64,000 bases of DNA from Thermoanaerobaculia bacterium (GTDB lineage: Bacteria; Acidobacteriota; Thermoanaerobaculia; Multivoradales; JAHEKO01): assembly GCA_947259195.1 (NCBI GenBank), contig CAMYLC010000008.1, forward strand, positions 52,694 through 116,693, read 5' to 3'. The position numbers and the translations under genes were made by a program. This document shows positions 17,482-25,559 of the stretch, one piece after another (position 1 is the stretch's first letter; every line of letters starts with the position of its first letter). The notes beneath the pieces are model-generated. The model was not told where the DNA came from, ran no database searches, and was given only the letters and a program-made list of their open reading frames with translations.

Positions 17482-19542
17482 TCAGCCCAGAGACCAGGCC
17501 CGAAGCAGCTGATACACCAAGAACGTGACGGAGTAGGCCAGCACCGTCATATAGACCAACTGGAAAGTCGGCCACTTCCAACTGTTGGTTTCTCGGCGGG
17601 TCACCGCCTGCGTGGAGAGACACTGCATGGCCAGAACATAGAAGATCAGCAGGCTAACGCTCGTCGCAGTCGTGAAGACGGGCGTACCATCGGTCCGTAC
17701 CGCATCGCGCAGACTGTCGTAGAGAGGGCTCGGGTCCTCATTGGTTGCTGACTCCCCCACTCCATAGACCACGGCCAGAGTGGAGACGATCACCTCCCGA
17801 GCCGCAAAAGAGCTCAGAATCCCAATCCCGATCTGCCAATCGAAGCCCAGAGGACGCAAGACCGGCTCAATGGCGCGGCCCGCACGACCGGCGAAGGACT
17901 GCGCCAGCCTGCCTTGAGCCGTGAGCTGTTTTGCCTCCCTCACGAGATCCTCAGCCCCGTCCAACTGCCCGGCAGCGGACAACTCCTGGGCCTCGGCCTG
18001 CAGGGCCAGCGCGGCGGCGGGTGGCTCGCTCCTGGGGAACGACGCGAGCAGCCACAGGAGGATCGAGACGGCGAGAATAATGGTGCCGGCGCGCTTGATG
18101 AAGATCCTAGCCCGATCCAACGAGGTCAGGAGCGCTGTCCGCAGGTTCGGCAGCTTGTAGCTGGGTAGCTCTAGAACCAGGGGTCTCGACTCGCCAGGAA
18201 GAATCGACCTCTTGAATACCAGGGCCATGACCAGAGCCGCGACGATCCCCGAAGCATAAGCTCCTGTGAAGACCATCCCTGCCAACACCGGCCGACTCGG
18301 GAACAGCAGCGCCGTAATCATGGCGTAGACCGGGATTCGAGCTGAACAGGAAAACAGCGGCAGCACCAGGATGGTCACCAGCCGATCTCGACGATCCTCG
18401 ATCACTCTGCTCGACATGATGGCCGGGACCGCGCAGGCGTGGGCCGACAGGATGGGCACGAAAGCCCTTCCGGGCAATCCCACCCGGCGCATCAGCCGAT
18501 CCATGACGAAGGCGGCTCTCGCCAGGTAGCCGGTATCCTCTAGCAGCGCCAGGAAGAAGAACAGGATGCAGATCTGGGGCAGAAAGACCAGCACTCCGCC
18601 GACGCCACCGATGACACCATCGACAAGCAGGCTGCGGAGATCTCCGGGCGGCACCCACCGGCCGACAACGCTTCCCATGTGGCCGAACCCGGACTCGATC
18701 CACTGCATCGGGTATTGGGCCACCCAGAAGATGAGCGCGAAGACCGCGAACATGACGGACAGGAAGGCCGCAACTCCGACCCAACGATGAGTCAAGATGG
18801 CATCGATGCGATCGGTCTTGACGCCGTGGGCCGTCGTCCGCCCATTGATGCACCGAGCCCCGACCTCCTCGGCCCAGTCGTAGCGTGCCTTGTAGGGGCA
18901 GCCCGAGCAGTCGCAAAAAGGCTCGGTCGACGCTCTGGCCAGGGAAGAGCCAGCAGGATCGATCATCCTCTCCAGGTGCTGCCGCAGGATGTCGAGCCCC
19001 CGCCCGGTGCGAGCAACGACCGGCACCACTGGACAGCCCAGCTCGGCTTCGAGCTTCTCCAAATCGATCTCGATGGCCGAGCGCTCCGCCAGATCCACCA
19101 TGTTGAGAGCCGCGACAGTGGGCAGACCCAACTCCAACACCTGACTCGCCAGGTACAGATTGCGCTCCAGTGTCGTTGCATCCAGCAGCAAAATGACGCC
19201 CTGGGGTTGGGGTTGGTGGGACCGCTGACCGAGGAGCACCTCCCTGGCCAGCCTCTCTTCTGGGGTGATGGAAGCGAGACTATAGAGGCCAGGTAGATCG
19301 AGTAGTCTGACCCGTTGATCGGCCAGGCGCGTGTGGCCGACCCGTCTCTCGATCGTGGTGCCCGGGAAGTTCGCAGTCTTGGCCCGCAGTCCGGTCAGAG
19401 CATTGAACAGCGTCGTCTTGCCAGCATTGGGGTTGCCAACCAATGCGATGCAGACCTCTTCGGCGTCGGGCGCCTTTTGGCCGGGCGGTAGGGATACTTG
19501 GATCGTGGAAATGGGAAGTGACCTCTTGCCAGCGGCAGTCAA
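17482..19542 (-). CDS. feoB: Ferrous iron transporter FeoB
   Basis: 686-aa ORF with an N-terminal GTPase (ALVGNPNAGKTTLFNALTG, DLPG) followed by the polytopic FeoB membrane domain. Overlaps feoA by 4 nt. Confidence 0.95.
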   Translation of the reverse strand: MTAAGKRSLPISTIQVSLPPGQKAPDAEEVCIALVGNPNAGKTTLFNALTGLRAKTANFPGTTIERRVGHTRLADQRVRLLDLPGLYSLASITPEERLAREVLLGQRSHQPQPQGVILLLDATTLERNLYLASQVLELGLPTVAALNMVDLAERSAIEIDLEKLEAELGCPVVPVVARTGRGLDILRQHLERMIDPAGSSLARASTEPFCDCSGCPYKARYDWAEEVGARCINGRTTAHGVKTDRIDAILTHRWVGVAAFLSVMFAVFALIFWVAQYPMQWIESGFGHMGSVVGRWVPPGDLRSLLVDGVIGGVGGVLVFLPQICILFFFLALLEDTGYLARAAFVMDRLMRRVGLPGRAFVPILSAHACAVPAIMSSRVIEDRRDRLVTILVLPLFSCSARIPVYAMITALLFPSRPVLAGMVFTGAYASGIVAALVMALVFKRSILPGESRPLVLELPSYKLPNLRTALLTSLDRARIFIKRAGTIILAVSILLWLLASFPRSEPPAAALALQAEAQELSAAGQLDGAEDLVREAKQLTAQGRLAQSFAGRAGRAIEPVLRPLGFDWQIGIGILSSFAAREVIVSTLAVVYGVGESATNEDPSPLYDSLRDAVRTDGTPVFTTATSVSLLIFYVLAMQCLSTQAVTRRETNSWKWPTFQLVYMTVLAYSVTFLVYQLLRAWSLG

Positions 19543-19847
19543 CCTTCGCCGAACATGTCTCCCAGACAGGGCTGTACTTTGACGTTACGAGCCAGCCTAG
19601 CTGAGACACCGATTCGGGTCCCGAGGACCTTGAGGATCATTGGGTCACCCGTCTGCATCAGCATGATTCGTCGCCCTACGCAGACACCCATCGCCATCAG
19701 CTGCTCGATGTCAGCCTCACTGGCGTCGACCTCGGTGACCCTGGCGCAGTGCCCGATCTCGATCACATCGAGGGACACCCTGTCCTCCAGATCGGCGGAT
19801 CCGGCGGCCTGCCCACTCGCAGCGACTTCCAGATGGTCCGTCGGCAT
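19539..19847 (-). CDS. feoA: FeoA-family protein
   Basis: FeoA SH3-like core (ARVTEVDASEADIEQLMAMGVCVGRRIMLMQTGDPMILKVLGTRIGVS). I prefer the ATG at 19847, which has GGTGAGAGAG upstream, over the track's TTG at 19883. Confidence 0.8.
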   Translation of the reverse strand: MPTDHLEVAASGQAAGSADLEDRVSLDVIEIGHCARVTEVDASEADIEQLMAMGVCVGRRIMLMQTGDPMILKVLGTRIGVSARLARNVKVQPCLGDMFGEG

Positions 19848-20034
19848 TCTCGATAGCGCTCTCTCACCAGGATCTGGCGGCAATACAGTCTACCATTGAC
19901 GTGTAATGTAGCTGGTGCGCCCAGGACCGGCTGCCAGCTCGCGAAAGTCGGAATTTGGATGGCTGGCCGACTTGGCATATCCTCTGCCGCACTTGCTTCT
20001 CTGAAAACGAGGGCAACATCACGACAGCCGCGGG

Positions 20035-21264
20035 TTGGTTGTGAGCGAAACTGCTGCGATGAAGAGCCAGGACAACGTCGAGAGCTGGGGAGTGGGCCGG
20101 ACGGTCGTCCTGCCGGCAACGCTGCTGTTCGGGGCGATGTTCAACCTCACCCTGGTGGTTGCCGGGCTCAAGGAGTTCATAATCGAAGACCTGGGTGGAT
20201 CCATTGCGGACGCCACTCTCTTCTTCTCGGTCGAAACTTTCGCCTACATCATCTTCGCTCCGATTTGGGGGCTGCTCAGCGACAGGTTCGGCCGGCGCAA
20301 ACTCCTGGTCGTGATCGGCTTCGCCGGCTCGGCAGTGATCTATTTCATCTACGGCGCGCTCCATTCGATCCCGCTGCTCCTCGGCCTGCGCTTTGCCCAG
20401 GGAGCATTCTCTGTTCTGGCCTGGTCGACCGTCATGGCGATGATGCTCGATCATCCGGTCTACGGCCGCAAGGGTCGATTCATGGGACTCATGGGAGCCT
20501 CGCTGATCTTTGGCGTCGCAATCGGTGCCCCCATGGGCGGATACCTGACCCGTTGGTTCGGAGCCCGCGCGCCGCTGCTGGCGGCAGCGATCTCCTTTGC
20601 TCTGCTGGCAGGGATTTCCCTCTTCCTCCGTGAATCGTCGACCCTGACTCGCCAGCTCCGCGTGCGGGAAATATTCGCGGCTCTCCGGTCCAGGCCGCAC
20701 CTGGCCCTGCCTTTCTCCTTCCACTTCGTCGATCGCCTGGCAGTCGGGCTTTTCGTCGTCGTCTTTCCCCTCTATGTCGACTCCATGGGGGCCACCGATC
20801 CGGCACTGCGAGGCCGATACCTGGCGCTCTTCCTGCTGCCATTCGCTTTTCTGCAGTATTTCTCAGGCCGATTGGCGGAGCACATCGGCGCCGGCGTCCC
20901 CTTGGTGGTCGGGTCCCTGATCTACGGCCTGGCACTCTGCGGGCTGGGATATACGGATCTGAGCTCCCTGCAGGTCATGATGGTCGCCCTGGGCGTCTTC
21001 GCGGCCGTCATGTTCCCGCCGGCGATTCTCCTGGTCTCGCAGTGGAGCGACCCCAAGACTCGAGCCAGTGCGATGGGTGGCTTCAATCTGGCTGGCTCGA
21101 TGGGCTTCGCCTTCGGTCCCATCATGGGCGGGTGGGCCTACACTACCCGCGGCTTCGCCTTCGCCTTCATCTTGTGTGGGGTGCTCGAGATCACCCTGGC
21201 GATCGTCGGGTCGCTGTTGCTGATCCGGTGGGCCAGGCAGGCAAAGGCCCACTCGACAAACTAG
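20035..21264 (+). CDS. MFS transporter
   Basis: 409-aa ORF with about 12 hydrophobic helices and the MFS loop motif [16 protein letters not shown] at 20035 or ATG at 20059. Confidence 0.85.
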   Translation: MVVSETAAMKSQDNVESWGVGRTVVLPATLLFGAMFNLTLVVAGLKEFIIEDLGGSIADATLFFSVETFAYIIFAPIWGLLSDRFGRRKLLVVIGFAGSAVIYFIYGALHSIPLLLGLRFAQGAFSVLAWSTVMAMMLDHPVYGRKGRFMGLMGASLIFGVAIGAPMGGYLTRWFGARAPLLAAAISFALLAGISLFLRESSTLTRQLRVREIFAALRSRPHLALPFSFHFVDRLAVGLFVVVFPLYVDSMGATDPALRGRYLALFLLPFAFLQYFSGRLAEHIGAGVPLVVGSLIYGLALCGLGYTDLSSLQVMMVALGVFAAVMFPPAILLVSQWSDPKTRASAMGGFNLAGSMGFAFGPIMGGWAYTTRGFAFAFILCGVLEITLAIVGSLLLIRWARQAKAHSTN

Positions 21265-22955
21265 TCCGGAGCGCCACCGAACTCCCGCTCGAGGGCCTCC
21301 TGCTCCTCGGGCAGTATCTTGCGGAAGAGAATCCCGAGATCTCCCAGAGGGGTTCCCGCCGTCAAAGCCTGGAGGTCGTCAGCAGCCGAGCCAGAAGGCC
21401 AGGCAGGAATCTCGTCCGTCTCACCGAGAGCCGCCAGGACCCGCAGGCTGGTTGATGGAATTACCGGCCAGGAGAGGACGGCAAACAGGCGAACGAGCTG
21501 CATACCGGTTCGCACGATCATCGCCGCTTGCTCCGGATCCTCTTTGATCACCTTCCACGGAGCTGCGTGGGTCAGGTACTCGTTGCCCAGGACCCACATC
21601 GCCCGCAGATCCGACAGCGCCTTGCGGTACTGCATCTCCTCCATGTGAGAGGTGTATTCAGCCATCTTGGCGTCGAGGTCCCTGGCCAGCTGCTGTTCAG
21701 CCTCGCCGGACTCGCCACCCTCGGGTACCACACCGTCGAATCGCGACTGGGCGAACTTCCAGCACCGATTGACGAAGTTGCCGAAGGTGTCCGCCAGGTC
21801 CTTGTTCACCCCACTGGTGAAGAACTCGAAGGTGAAATCCGAATCGTCACTCTCCGGGGCGTTGGCCATCAGCCAGTAGCGCCAGTAGTCCGCCGGGAAC
21901 TTCTCGAGCGCCCGGTCCATGAACACTCCCCGTTTGCGGCTCGTCGAGAACTTTCCCCCGTAGTAGGTCAGCCAGTTGAAGCCCTTGATGAAGTTGACCA
22001 GCTTCCATGGCTCACCGGACCCCAGGATGGTGCCGGGGAAGCTGATTGTGTGAAAAGGGATGTTGTCTTTGGCCATGAACTGCACATATCGAACATCGTC
22101 CGCCTCGTACCACCAGGAGCGCCAGTCGCGAACCTCTGGCTCCTGGTTCGCCCATTCGCGAGTCGCAGCAATGTACTCGATCGGCGCATCGAACCAGACG
22201 TAGAACACCTTGTCCTCGAACCCTTCCCGATCCACCGGCACGCCCCACGACAGGTCGCGCGTAATGCCTCGATCGTGGAGGCCCTCCTTGAGCCACTTCT
22301 TTGCGATGGAAGTCACCAGAATCGGCCAATCGGACTGCTCGTCGAGCCACTCCGCGAGACGCCCCGCCAGCTGAGACTGAAGCAGGAAGAGATGGCGAGT
22401 CTCCCTCACCTCGAGCTCCGTGCTGTCGGAGACCGCCGATCGGGGCTCGATGAGATCGGTCGGATCGAGCACCCGCGTGCAGTTCTCGCACTGATCTCCC
22501 CTGGCCGCCTCATAGGCGCAATGGGGACAGGTGCCGATGATGTAGCGATCCGGCAGATATCGCCGATCCGCCGCCGAATAGACCTGCTTGGTGGTACGCT
22601 CCTCGATCAGACCCTGCTCGTCCAATTGGCGACAGAAGTGCTGTGTCAGCTCCCGGTTCTCGACCGAGGAGCTACGACCGAAATAGTCGAAGGAAAGGTC
22701 GAATCTTCGGTAGATGTCGGCCTGGATCTCGTGCTGCTGCCGGCAGTACTCGGCCACCTCGAGACCGTCCTCGAGAGCCGCGAGCTCCGCCGGCGTACCG
22801 TGCTCGTCGGTAGCGCAGACATAGAGGACGTCGTTGCCCCGCTGCCGCTCGAACCGCGCATAGACGTCGGCCGGCAGCATGGAGCCAATCAGGTTACCGA
22901 GGTGCTTGACGCCGTTGATGTAGGGCAGAGCGCTTGTAACGAGGATTCGTGCCAT
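21261..22955 (-). CDS. metG: Methionine--tRNA ligase
   Basis: 564-aa ORF with [16 protein letters not shown] (HIGH-type motif), a zinc knuckle [17 protein letters not shown] and [11 protein letters not shown] (KMSKS-type motif). Confidence 0.95.
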   Translation of the reverse strand: MARILVTSALPYINGVKHLGNLIGSMLPADVYARFERQRGNDVLYVCATDEHGTPAELAALEDGLEVAEYCRQQHEIQADIYRRFDLSFDYFGRSSSVENRELTQHFCRQLDEQGLIEERTTKQVYSAADRRYLPDRYIIGTCPHCAYEAARGDQCENCTRVLDPTDLIEPRSAVSDSTELEVRETRHLFLLQSQLAGRLAEWLDEQSDWPILVTSIAKKWLKEGLHDRGITRDLSWGVPVDREGFEDKVFYVWFDAPIEYIAATREWANQEPEVRDWRSWWYEADDVRYVQFMAKDNIPFHTISFPGTILGSGEPWKLVNFIKGFNWLTYYGGKFSTSRKRGVFMDRALEKFPADYWRYWLMANAPESDDSDFTFEFFTSGVNKDLADTFGNFVNRCWKFAQSRFDGVVPEGGESGEAEQQLARDLDAKMAEYTSHMEEMQYRKALSDLRAMWVLGNEYLTHAAPWKVIKEDPEQAAMIVRTGMQLVRLFAVLSWPVIPSTSLRVLAALGETDEIPAWPSGSAADDLQALTAGTPLGDLGILFRKILPEEQEALEREFGGAPD

Positions 22956-23036
22956 TGCTCGGTCTCTATTCGAGCCGTGCCGCTAGAAGTCGCAGGTCCT
23001 GGGGTCTTGGGGTCTTGGGTGCCAGCGACACTGGAA

Positions 23037-23504
23037 TCAAGGATAGAGGTAAACCTGCGACTTGTTCCATACGCTGCCGGCCAGCTCGACTCCCATGCGG
23101 AAGACCGGGAGGTACTCGTTCTCGTCGACGCGCATCAGCCGGACCAGGCGGCACCATTGGATCTTGCCAGGAATTCGGATCATCTCGGCGCCGTGCTTCA
23201 TCTTGAAAGCGTAGCTCCATCCGACTCGCAAGCTCTCGTTGGTCTGTACTGCGATCCCTGTCGGTGAGGTATTCATTACGTCGCCGCGGATCGGCCCGTT
23301 GAGGCGTAGGTTGGACACCGCGTGACGCCGGTGCTGCCGGCGCTCGGCATCGGTCTCCGGCGGTGCTGGCGTGGCCTCGGCCCTGGCTTCTTGGATTTGC
23401 ATCGTTCTTCTCTCTCCCGAGCGGCGGTCCAGACCGGAGCGACGGTCGGCGGCGACGCGGCGCTCTTGAGGCGGAAGCCAGTCCCGTCTAGATCTTGCTG
23501 ACAC
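23037..23504 (-). CDS. PilZ-domain protein (paralogue 1)
   Basis: Both c-di-GMP-binding motifs are intact: RRQHRRH (RxxxR) and NTSPTG (D/NxSxxG). Clear paralogue of 33482..33808 (shared IQWCRL / VRWCKL). GTG at 23504 gives an Arg-rich N-terminus (DRRSGLDRRSGERR); an alternative ATG at 23402 has a purine-rich SD. Confidence 0.7.
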   Translation of the reverse strand: MSARSRRDWLPPQERRVAADRRSGLDRRSGERRTMQIQEARAEATPAPPETDAERRQHRRHAVSNLRLNGPIRGDVMNTSPTGIAVQTNESLRVGWSYAFKMKHGAEMIRIPGKIQWCRLVRLMRVDENEYLPVFRMGVELAGSVWNKSQVYLYP

Positions 23505-23562
23505 GAGTCCCCTGTTCCCGCACCACAGTCAATTGAAGCCAGTGCAATCGCCTGCTCCCAGG

Positions 23563-23592
23563 ATTCTACAGCGACGGCCAGCCAGAACACAA
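23563..23592 (-). promoter_or_regulatory. Candidate sigma-70-type promoter for the PilZ gene (TTGTGT-N18-TAGAAT on the minus strand)
   Basis: The reverse complement of 23587-23592 is TTGTGT and the reverse complement of 23563-23568 is TAGAAT, with an 18-nt spacer, about 55 nt upstream of the GTG at 23504. Confidence 0.3.
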
Positions 23593-23952
23593 AACCTGGC
23601 ATACCCTCTGTTCTCTCTCTATCTGCTCCACCGCCTCAGTGCCCGCTTGCCCCGAGGCCGCAGTGCCCCAAGGTCTCAATGCCTCAGTGCATCAGTGCCT
23701 CAAGATCCCAATGCTTCACTGGGGCTTCCGAGTGAGAACTCTCGACTGGCTCTGGAAAATAAAGTGGCCGCCGCTCGGGCCTCGACAAAGGCACGCGCGC
23801 CACGGGTCAGGCGGGTGCAAACCGAACAGCGGCCGCGCGAAGTATACGACCTTGCAACGCCGAAGCCAAGACCCTTTCTGAAGGTTACCCCAGGGGGTAT
23901 GTGCTCCGTGAGCGCCTGCGACTGTTACCGAAGCAACCGAGCGATGTCGAAC

Positions 23953-25527
23953 CTATGGGCGCAGGACCATCAGCTCCAAATCACCCTTCGGATGTCGCTC
24001 CAGGACCTCGCCCTTCAGAGCGCCGGCGATTCGATCGCCCACGGGTGCGGGAACGACCAGGTAGCGAATCTGTTCCATTTGGAGCAGCTGCGCCAGCTCT
24101 TGCTCCCGACTTGGATCACCGACGAGCGCTGCGTACCGTTCCGCGCGTGACCAGTATTCCGGCGTCAAGAACCAGTGACCGGCCCAAACGGAGTGATGAG
24201 TGTAGGCCGCCACGAGCATCCCCATCTGGGGTGGCACCAGGGCTCGACCCGGCGGTATCTCGGCCATCGCCAACGTCGTTTCCACGAAGATCGCTGGCAC
24301 CAGATTTCGCTCCTCCAAGTCTCGGATCGACTCGAAAGTGACCAGGATCGGGGAAGCAAAGAGGAGCACCAGCATCGAGATAGCCACCAAGCTCTTACGG
24401 CGGCTCAGACCCCACCAGCGATCCCAGATGCCAGGCATCACGGACGCCGCCAGGATCGCCAGGGGAAGATGCAGATAGGGCACGAAGTGGTAGCCGTTGA
24501 TCACGGGCGAACTGTGCAACAGGACAATCGCCCCGACCCAAGCGAGCATTGAAGACCGATAGACGTTCTTCGTCTCGATCCAGCGGAATCCACCCTTGAT
24601 GGCAAACACCAGGAGAAGTCCCAGGGTCCACGGATACCAGAAGACCGCCAGCTGGAGGCGACCGAAGACCTGACCCGATGATGCTCGGAACACCGGGTCG
24701 CCCAGTTGCCAGGCTGCGACAGCGAGGATCGCGACGGCTGCGAGCACCAAGGAAAGCCCTAGTCGAGCCACACGGCGTTTCTCGACAACACCCTCGACAA
24801 TGAACTGGGCGACAGGCCGCGCCGCCCCGATCGCGAAGGCCACGATGGACGAGTATGGGTGCACGAACCACAGGATCACCAGCAGAAACGTGGCTCCAAA
24901 GTCGAGCCACCATCGTTGATCGTCGCAGGGGCGGAGCAGCCGCCGAAGAGCCACTAGCAACAGCATGAACGCACAAACCCAGAGTGGGTTGTACAGGCCT
25001 TCGAATGTGCTCCAGCCGTAGAGGTGCCACGTCGAGACGAGGAACGGCTTGCCGCCGTCCGCAGGCAGGTATCTAGCCAATGGGCGAAGGAAGCCGGCTA
25101 CTCCCCCACTGAGACCGATCAGGGCGGCAGCCCAGAGACGTGTTCGCTGGTCCGGCAGGATCGGTTTCAGGAACCACCACAGGACAGCGAAGAAACCGAA
25201 GACGAGGGGAATACGCGACAGCTCGAGCACCCAAGTGGGGGACACTCGCGTCAGGGCCGCAACCGAGCCCATGAGCCAATGGAAGAGCAGCACGAACCGG
25301 CCGGACTGGTCCTCGGTGACAAAGCGGTTCTCGAATAGGAAGGCTCCACTTTCCGGCACCTGCCGAATGAAGCTCATGTAAGCGTGCATGTCCTCGGGCA
25401 TGTAGCCCACGTGCAGGTAGGTCTGACCCTCGGGCGGAGTCAGCCAGAAAGTGGCCAGAAAGGGAAGCGCCTGAAGAAGAGCTACTGCTGCCGGCAGCAA
25501 CCAGTAGCTCTTCGGAGGTCGATTCAC
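23953..25527 (-). CDS. Polytopic integral membrane protein, possibly a GT-C-type glycosyltransferase (function unknown)
   Basis: 524-aa ORF with a GTG start and about a dozen hydrophobic helices with extended loops. No catalytic motif confirmed. Starts 32 nt downstream of the kinase gene on the same strand. Confidence 0.65.
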   Translation of the reverse strand: MNRPPKSYWLLPAAVALLQALPFLATFWLTPPEGQTYLHVGYMPEDMHAYMSFIRQVPESGAFLFENRFVTEDQSGRFVLLFHWLMGSVAALTRVSPTWVLELSRIPLVFGFFAVLWWFLKPILPDQRTRLWAAALIGLSGGVAGFLRPLARYLPADGGKPFLVSTWHLYGWSTFEGLYNPLWVCAFMLLLVALRRLLRPCDDQRWWLDFGATFLLVILWFVHPYSSIVAFAIGAARPVAQFIVEGVVEKRRVARLGLSLVLAAVAILAVAAWQLGDPVFRASSGQVFGRLQLAVFWYPWTLGLLLVFAIKGGFRWIETKNVYRSSMLAWVGAIVLLHSSPVINGYHFVPYLHLPLAILAASVMPGIWDRWWGLSRRKSLVAISMLVLLFASPILVTFESIRDLEERNLVPAIFVETTLAMAEIPPGRALVPPQMGMLVAAYTHHSVWAGHWFLTPEYWSRAERYAALVGDPSREQELAQLLQMEQIRYLVVPAPVGDRIAGALKGEVLERHPKGDLELMVLRP

Positions 25528-25559
25528 GATGAGATCCGGCGGCCGGGAACCGGGCGAAG

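Noticed and set aside
21261-22955. MetRS with eukaryote-like HLGN / KFSTS motifs as evidence of horizontal transfer
   Set aside because: This is the ordinary type-2 MetRS lineage shared by many diderm bacteria, archaea and eukaryotic cytosol. It is not anomalous here.
21528-23267. 579-aa plus-strand ORF antisense to metG
   Set aside because: This is a shadow ORF. The metG frame has HIGH/KMSKS-type motifs and a zinc knuckle, and the antisense product has no motifs.
23597-23612. TGGCATACCCTCTGTT, and the similar TGGCATACCCGTCCTG at 61978-61993, as a shared sigma-54 promoter family
   Set aside because: Neither has the invariant GC at -12 (GT and CT respectively). The first has no plus-strand gene downstream. 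The shared octamer GCATACCC occurs about as often as expected by chance in 128 kb of double-stranded sequence.
23633-23700. CRISPR array or other long tandem repeat
   Set aside because: The only repeat cluster I saw consists of 7-10-nt units with irregular spacers. There are no 25-40-nt direct repeats and no cas genes anywhere in the window.
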